IMG/VR virus record: IMGVR_UViG_3300005529_000029
Coordinates: 1-64,000 of that record
From: a virus
Strand: one strand, 5' to 3'
DNA: 64,000 nucleotides
Part shown: positions 58,320-64,000 of the stretch, one piece after another
Position numbering within the stretch: the stretch's first letter is position 1
How the letters are laid out: every line of letters starts with the position of its first letter
Program-made: the position numbers and the translations under genes
The notes under the pieces: generated by a model
What the model was told of the DNA's origin: nothing
Seen by the model: only the letters and a program-made list of their open reading frames with translations
Databases searched by the model: none

Positions 58320-58541
58320 ATGATCAAAAGGCCCGTCAAGCCGATGAAAAAGGACCGGTTATCCCACACTATCTCTGTCCGATTCAGCGAAGCTCAACGC
58401 GCTGAGATTCAGGAAGCTGTGGTTAACCAGGGTTTTTTAAACGAGGCAGATGCAATCCGAAGTTTTGTTCATCAAGCCATGCATCTACCTGATATAATCA
58501 GAACGATTGTTAGAGACGAACTCAAGAAAGCCCAAGAGTAG
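58320..58541 (+). CDS. Ribbon-helix-helix regulator
   Basis: TISVRFS strand followed by two helices. Confidence 0.65.
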   Translation: MIKRPVKPMKKDRLSHTISVRFSEAQRAEIQEAVVNQGFLNEADAIRSFVHQAMHLPDIIRTIVRDELKKAQE

Positions 58542-58569
58542 TTTTAGACGATCTTCTGCCAGAAAGATT

Positions 58570-58603
58570 AAGACCCTCGGGCCTGAAAAGCTCGAGGGTC
58601 TTT
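58570..58603. terminator. Bidirectional terminator between convergent RHH genes
   Basis: AAGACCCTCGGGC...GCTCGAGGGTCTT. Confidence 0.7.
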
Positions 58604-58643
58604 GATCATTAATGCTAGATACAAAGCTAAGATGGCTTATGGT

Positions 58644-58895
58644 TTATTTGGTGTTCCGTCTTGGTTTCTTCTTTTCGCTTTCTTTTTCTTTAACATGTTC
58701 CATTCCTTCAAGAAACTCCTGCGGATTATCCCGCTTAAATTTCCTGATAAAGTCCTTTATCGCGGCGCGAACCGCATTCGAGTCATTTAATCCCATCGCA
58801 TAGCATACGACTTTAAATTCCCTGGCGTCCTCTTCATTGAGACGACTTGAGATATTCTTTTCGACTGCTTCGCCTGGGCCAACTATTCTTGGCAT
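58644..58895 (-). CDS. Ribbon-helix-helix regulator (repressor candidate)
   Basis: KNISSRL...SNAVRAAIKDFI; GAGG RBS; lone minus-strand gene divergent from the replication operon. Confidence 0.65.
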   Translation of the reverse strand: MPRIVGPGEAVEKNISSRLNEEDAREFKVVCYAMGLNDSNAVRAAIKDFIRKFKRDNPQEFLEGMEHVKEKESEKKKPRRNTK

Positions 58896-59209
58896 GTAAT
58901 ACCCTCTTCATCCTGAGCTTAGGTTTTTTGTTTTTTAACTCTACGCCTGCTGGGGAGTTTTCACTCCTTGGAGTGTCATTTTATAGCGATTCCACGTCAT
59001 AATGCAAGCATATGTAAACATTTTGTCATCTCTACGCTTACATCTTGTTTATTTCAAGCATTTAGCTTTATTTCACTCTAAATAGGTCTTTACAGTTTAG
59101 TCCTCATAAATTATTCTGTAAACATATAAATGAATGCAGCTACATTTGCAGTAAGGTTAATTAAACAGAATCGGAAAAAGCCACCCGAGAGATTAGAAAG
59201 GCGGTCTAT

Positions 59210-59515
59210 ATGGCAGAGGAAATCATAGAGGGAACCACAGGCACGGACCAGGCTAAAGATCAGATCAATGTGACCAATATCAAGGAGCGTAGACGAAAGC
59301 GCTCAACGGTCGCTGGTACTAATAAATCTGAGAACATCAATTTCCGGATGTCAGAGGAAGAGACCGATATGCTGTTCGAGCAATCTACATCGGTCAAACT
59401 GGCAATGTCGACCTATGTTGGATTCGTGATGAGCAAGGTTATTGTAGGTGAGAATCCTATTCCGGCATTGGTTGCAATGGGTGTCAAGTTTCCAAAAGTC
59501 GCAGTTAACCAGTAA
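59210..59515 (+). CDS. RHH-like regulator (Cro/Arc-like position)
   Basis: SENINFRMSEEE...MSTYV. Confidence 0.55.
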   Translation: MAEEIIEGTTGTDQAKDQINVTNIKERRRKRSTVAGTNKSENINFRMSEEETDMLFEQSTSVKLAMSTYVGFVMSKVIVGENPIPALVAMGVKFPKVAVNQ

Positions 59516-59558
59516 CTCCCAGATTCCAAGCAAGTCATAACATCATAGGAGATAAATC

Positions 59559-61436
59559 ATGTCTGCTAATGCTTCTATCGTCCATGAAGCCCAGGTAGTT
59601 CCCGAAGTTCTCAATGGACACGACCAGTCCTATGGAGCTTCACAAGCACTTGAAAGACGCTCTGAAAATGTCTCAGTTCAGTTTATGCCGGCCCTCACAC
59701 CTCAAGCAATGCTTGAACGTCGCAACGTGATAGTTGAGCTGATGGGTTCTGTGCTGAAAGAAGGAATGCACTATGGACCGGCCTTTCCAGGATCAGATAA
59801 ACCGACATTACTGCAGCCAGGCGCCGAGGTTCTTTGTTCAACATTCGGTTTAACGCCACGTCCGACGATCGTTGAGATGGTTCAGGACTGGACCGGTGAG
59901 GAACATGGCGGTGAGCCATTCTTTTCATACCACTATCGGTATGGCCTTTACCGCGGCGATCAGCTTTTGGGTGAAGCAGATGCGATCTGCAACTCCAAAG
60001 AAAAGAAGTTTCGCTGGCGCTGGGTGCAGGAACAAGACATTCCACCAGGATTCCCGAAGGCTAAATGTAAGACTCAGAGTGCGGTCATTTCTGAGTTCAA
60101 ATTCTCAGTCGATAAAGCTGAGACCGGTGGGAAGTATGGCAAGCCAAAAGAGTATTGGGACAAATTCAGAGCTGCGATCGAGCGAGGCGAAGCTAAACTG
60201 GTAATGAAAAAGGCTAGTGGCAACCGTGAGTTTGAGGCATACGAGATTGGCTCGGTTCTTTATCGCGTTCCAAATGAGGAAATCTTCGATCAGATCAACA
60301 CGATCATGCAGATGGCTCAGAAGCGGGCATTAATTCGTGTTACTCGTATGGTAACGGGAGCAAGCGAATTCTTCACTCAGGACTTCCCTGACGATGATAA
60401 CGAGCCTGACGGACATGTTGTGGAGTCCAAAGAGAAGAAGAGCGCAGCGAAACAGCAAGATCTGCCACCTACATCGAACCCACCGGAATCTCAGCCAGCT
60501 CATAGTAATGCAGTTAATACCAAGGCAATGCAGGGCGTTCGTATAAAGCGTGCGCAGGTTATCCTTGAATTAGGTCTAATCCGTCGCGAAGGTCCAGCAT
60601 TCTGGGTTGGTTCTACTACACAAAAGAACGTCGAGTTTCAGGTATGGCGTGATGAAGCCGGCCGGGTCAAATGCACTTGTGGCGACTTTTGCGAACTCGG
60701 TCCCAATGATACATCTTTCAGATGTGAGCATATCCTGGCAGTTAAGGAGTATCTTGATCAAAAGAAGGTATCAGCTAGCAATCAGACCGATGATAATGTG
60801 ATCTCCAATCAACAAATGCAGCGATTAGAAAAACTCGCTGAAGATAAAGAGATCGATCTCGAGCTGGTCTGCAACAGCGAATACAAATGTGATGTGATTA
60901 ACCTCACTCAGAATCAGGCTGCAGAGTTTATAGCAAAGCTCGAAGCCATGGACGTTGACAACGCCCGCTTTAATGCCCCGATCCCAAGCAATAAGCAGAA
61001 TAAAGTCCAATCACAGGAAGACGCGATGCTTGATAAGATCATTCCAAAAGAAATGATCTGGCAGATGTCCAAGCCTTCAAAAGAGGCATTCTGTGATGTC
61101 GATGGAACGTTTGGGAAAGCCGGCGAAGAACGATTCCGAGCTCACCTGATTCATCACACTGGCAAGAACACTCGCAAGGACCTAACATTCAGGCTAGCTA
61201 ACCCCTATATCGCTCTCCTGAACGAATTGGCAGGCATCCGGAATACCTGGAATATCCTGATAGCGGATAATAATGGCAACTACGATCAGGATCAGCATAA
61301 TTCCGCCCTCGAGCATTTACGAGCCACAACCACCAAATGGTACAAAGAACCGATCGCCTTTGAGAAGCTCAACCTGGAACAGGCAAAGCGGTATCATCAG
61401 TTCGTTCTCGCAGCTCTTGAAGACAAATCAAATTAA
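59559..61436 (+). CDS. Putative recombination/annealing protein with SWIM zinc finger
   Basis: HYG...KPTLLQPGAE...NTIMQMAQKRA N-domain; CTCGDF...CEH SWIM motif. Confidence 0.6.
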   Translation: MSANASIVHEAQVVPEVLNGHDQSYGASQALERRSENVSVQFMPALTPQAMLERRNVIVELMGSVLKEGMHYGPAFPGSDKPTLLQPGAEVLCSTFGLTPRPTIVEMVQDWTGEEHGGEPFFSYHYRYGLYRGDQLLGEADAICNSKEKKFRWRWVQEQDIPPGFPKAKCKTQSAVISEFKFSVDKAETGGKYGKPKEYWDKFRAAIERGEAKLVMKKASGNREFEAYEIGSVLYRVPNEEIFDQINTIMQMAQKRALIRVTRMVTGASEFFTQDFPDDDNEPDGHVVESKEKKSAAKQQDLPPTSNPPESQPAHSNAVNTKAMQGVRIKRAQVILELGLIRREGPAFWVGSTTQKNVEFQVWRDEAGRVKCTCGDFCELGPNDTSFRCEHILAVKEYLDQKKVSASNQTDDNVISNQQMQRLEKLAEDKEIDLELVCNSEYKCDVINLTQNQAAEFIAKLEAMDVDNARFNAPIPSNKQNKVQSQEDAMLDKIIPKEMIWQMSKPSKEAFCDVDGTFGKAGEERFRAHLIHHTGKNTRKDLTFRLANPYIALLNELAGIRNTWNILIADNNGNYDQDQHNSALEHLRATTTKWYKEPIAFEKLNLEQAKRYHQFVLAALEDKSN

Positions 61437-61463
61437 GCCAGGCAATTAAGGAGATCACCCCAG

Positions 61464-62237
61464 ATGTCATTATTGCCTGCGCAAGAAATTGCGTCTGAAT
61501 CTTTCTCTGAGCTTTCACCGGAGTTCACTGCAAATGGACTTGCCAGAGAGTTCGAGAGTGATTCCTTAACTGAGACTCAGATTAGTCGCCTGCTAAATGG
61601 TTTCGAGCAGGCGACTAACGTTATCGATCTAATCATCCCTCTGGTTCCAAGGATCAAGAATACTGAGCATGTCAGTTACTTACGCGATGCTTCTGATAAG
61701 TTAGGTGAAAAGTCCTGGCGTTTAAAGATCGCCTGTGATTCCGAGCTTATTCACCGAGCTGAGGCCAAACGTGGCCGAGGCCACAAAGACCTCGATGGTA
61801 TTGGTGTCGTCGCTCAGGTTAGGAAACTGGCATACGAAAAAGGCGTTTCAGCACGTCAGATATTCCTCAATGATCAGATCCACAAAACATTCTTCAAAGA
61901 ACCCGACGAAAATATTGAAAGCGCAGCCACCACTTTAGGACCGACTTTTTTCAGGATCGCTCTCTCTGCTGAGGATCCAAAGACAGCAATTAAGGTCTTT
62001 GCCAAACAGAAAGATGACAATCCTTTCTTTAGCACCCGCGATGCTGAAGTGATGGTGGGTAAAAAACCTTTCAGACGGGTCGACTTTGAGAGAGTTGAAC
62101 ATTTAATTCAAGCAGGTCAAGCAGTGGTTGACATTTGGCAAACACACTTCGCCGACCTCGAGGATGATCCCGAAATCCGTAGCGCGTTTAATGAACTTGA
62201 GAAGGAAATCAAATCGTTTAACGAGGGTAATGTATGA
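61464..62237 (+). CDS. Hypothetical protein, possibly DNA-binding
   Basis: AAGGAG RBS. Confidence 0.6.
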   Translation: MSLLPAQEIASESFSELSPEFTANGLAREFESDSLTETQISRLLNGFEQATNVIDLIIPLVPRIKNTEHVSYLRDASDKLGEKSWRLKIACDSELIHRAEAKRGRGHKDLDGIGVVAQVRKLAYEKGVSARQIFLNDQIHKTFFKEPDENIESAATTLGPTFFRIALSAEDPKTAIKVFAKQKDDNPFFSTRDAEVMVGKKPFRRVDFERVEHLIQAGQAVVDIWQTHFADLEDDPEIRSAFNELEKEIKSFNEGNV

Positions 62238-62947
62238 TTTGGCCAACATTAGATACGCCTGCACCGCCACTATCAGATACGTTTATTAGTGATATTGATA
62301 CCGAGGTAAAACATTTGCATCAATATTGTTATGATCATTATAACCTTTTAGCAGATCCGCTTTGGAATGACGCTGAATTCCCAAGCGATGGTAGTCCTAT
62401 TCCATACAGAAATAATGCCATCCGATATCCCCTTGGTCCTAATACTGAAGCCTATTGGCGAGAATATACGATTACTGATACCGACACTGGAACATATTTA
62501 GCAGGCATATGCCATTATCCAGTTGATCGTGATGAAGCGATCCAGGTAATTGCCAGCCTGATATACACGCTGAAAACCTCTTACGGCGATGAATATTCAT
62601 TCTCGATTCTGGAGCTCATTAAAGAATATGAGGCAATATCTCATCTAAGCGAGATTCTTTATCAGCCTTGTGATAATCAAGCTGGTGCCCATCTAGCAGG
62701 TTATATCTACCTCCTAGAAGCCGAAGAGACGGGATCTTATAAGATTGGTCGTGCAAAGGACCTAGACAACCGCATTAAAACATTTGAGGTAAAACTGCCA
62801 TTTGAAACCGAACTGCGCCATTCAATCAAAGTTCAAGACATGGCCTGTGCGGAGTTGGCTCTTCACAAAAAGTTTGCAGGTCGCCGTATAAATGGCGAGT
62901 GGTTCAAATTAACTCCTGAAGACGTTTCCTGGATTTGTTCATTATAG
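62234..62947 (+). CDS. T5orf172/GIY-YIG domain protein
   Basis: GYIYLL...YKIG...RI...E..LH..F...RINGEWF. Confidence 0.85.
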   Translation: MIWPTLDTPAPPLSDTFISDIDTEVKHLHQYCYDHYNLLADPLWNDAEFPSDGSPIPYRNNAIRYPLGPNTEAYWREYTITDTDTGTYLAGICHYPVDRDEAIQVIASLIYTLKTSYGDEYSFSILELIKEYEAISHLSEILYQPCDNQAGAHLAGYIYLLEAEETGSYKIGRAKDLDNRIKTFEVKLPFETELRHSIKVQDMACAELALHKKFAGRRINGEWFKLTPEDVSWICSL

Positions 62948-62955
62948 GCTTAAAC

Positions 62956-64000
62956 ATGGCTTACGTACCGGACGAAGCAATTAAACGAACAAATGAGATC
63001 GGGATGAAAGCCTTCTTGCTGTTCTCATATTACTGCATGAGGGCAGATAAGAATGGATGCTCATTCGCTCAAAGTTCCACAATAGCCTCAGAATTGGAAA
63101 TTGGGCTAAGTCATATATACGAGTATCGCAAGAAACTAATACAGGTTGGCTGGATTAGCGCAGATGGCGATAACATTACGGTTTTATTGGGTTTTCCGTT
63201 ATGCCCTAACTCCAAAAATCGGAGCGATGGTCCAAAAATCGGATCACGGCGACTGCAAAAATCGGACAAATCAACTCCGAAAATTGGAGTTAACGCAGAT
63301 ATAAACGCAGATATAGATGTCCAAAAATCGGAGTCCCTTAATCCAGAAATTGGAGTCGATAACTCCAAAAATCGGAGCGATAGCAGTCCAAAAATCGGAC
63401 CTGCATGTAAGGAAGAACCAAACCAATTAACCAACCCATTTAACCAAACCAATGAACCAACCCATGCCGAACAGAGTCCGGCTGGAGATGATGACTCTTG
63501 GTTTGATACTGAAACCGTACTCACGATTCAAGAGGACAATCCAGAATCAGAGCCTGACAAACCAAAGCCAAAAAGGGAAAGGAAACCTGACGCTCTCTTT
63601 CCACTGGTTGAGGAAATCTTTTCATACTGGAAACTCGTGATGAATCACCCAAGGGCAAGTTTATCTACGAAGCGTAGAAGAATGGTCCGCGCCCGACTTA
63701 AAGAGAAATACACGGTCGATGACATTAAACGCGGAATCGATGGATGCAAAGCAACGCCATTCAATATGGGCGAAAATAAAGATCATGCAATACACGATGA
63801 TCTAGAGCTAATTTGCCGTACCACTGAACATCTTGATCGCTATATTGGCAATTATTACAAATCACAAACTGGCCAAAGTCCACAGACTCAGAACGTCTAC
63901 AAATTAAGCCAGAAAGGAGGAAGCATTGGAGGATATAACCCAAATAACAGACCAACTGGCAATAGATCAGAGCCAATCCAAGAGAACCTCATCAAGCCAA
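62956..64000 (+). CDS. Phage replication initiator (wHTH N-terminus), truncated by window end
   Basis: Frame open from ATG 62956 to 64000 (absent from ORF track); TIASELEI HTH, internal iterons, IFSYWK...HPRA...DDLELICR C-domain. Confidence 0.85.
   Translation, partial: MAYVPDEAIKRTNEIGMKAFLLFSYYCMRADKNGCSFAQSSTIASELEIGLSHIYEYRKKLIQVGWISADGDNITVLLGFPLCPNSKNRSDGPKIGSRRLQKSDKSTPKIGVNADINADIDVQKSESLNPEIGVDNSKNRSDSSPKIGPACKEEPNQLTNPFNQTNEPTHAEQSPAGDDDSWFDTETVLTIQEDNPESEPDKPKPKRERKPDALFPLVEEIFSYWKLVMNHPRASLSTKRRRMVRARLKEKYTVDDIKRGIDGCKATPFNMGENKDHAIHDDLELICRTTEHLDRYIGNYYKSQTGQSPQTQNVYKLSQKGGSIGGYNPNNRPTGNRSEPIQENLIKP
63211..63399. repeat. Replication origin iterons, 8 x 13 bp
   Basis: TCCAAAAATCGGA or close variants at 63211, 63231, 63254, 63276, 63320, 63342, 63364, 63387. 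Confidence 0.85.

Larger units (their letters stand above)
1..64000. mobile_element. Temperate siphovirus-type prophage (partial, continues beyond window)
   Basis: att-like tRNA fragment at the left edge, complete head/tail/lysis operon, early genes, replication initiator truncated at the right edge. Confidence 0.95.

Noticed and set aside
58583-58597. Resemblance of spacer 2 reverse complement to the RHH terminator (TGAAAAGCTCGAGG)
   Set aside because: Short, mismatched, and flanks do not align

Overview
The whole window is the left 64 kb of a temperate siphovirus-type prophage that continues past base 64000; no integrase gene is visible here. Base 1 starts in the 3' half of a CAU-anticodon tRNA (att core), followed by arm-like repeats and an excisionase-like gene. 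A long minus-strand late operon (32.9 to 2.2 kb) carries a GH19 endolysin, a ParB/modification pair, terminase, portal, S49 protease, lambda E-like capsid, tail tube, frameshifted tail chaperones, a 1776-aa tape measure protein (TMP), tail tip and two distal proteins with signal peptides. A plus-strand early region (33 to 64 kb) carries an AraC regulator, many small genes, a beta clamp (DnaN), an AAA+/DUF1257/DUF2997 module, three RHH regulators and a replication initiator with internal iterons. An Acidobacteriota host is inferred from the look of several proteins and is not proven. Highlights: (1) a phage-borne compact type V CRISPR locus (547-aa Cas12m-like effector with apparently intact D-E-D triad, 3 spacers, no cas1/cas2); (2) directly upstream of it, a 62-aa gene copying the N-terminus of the phage's own TMP, with mostly synonymous divergence in the core, a candidate tail-assembly decoy; (3) a ~770-nt highly structured non-coding RNA candidate (41.7-42.5 kb) with promoter, terminator and a 24-nt long-range pairing located just past the terminator; (4) an AAA+ ATPase whose Walker B segment precedes Walker A. 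All family assignments come from motif recognition by eye; no database search or folding program was run.
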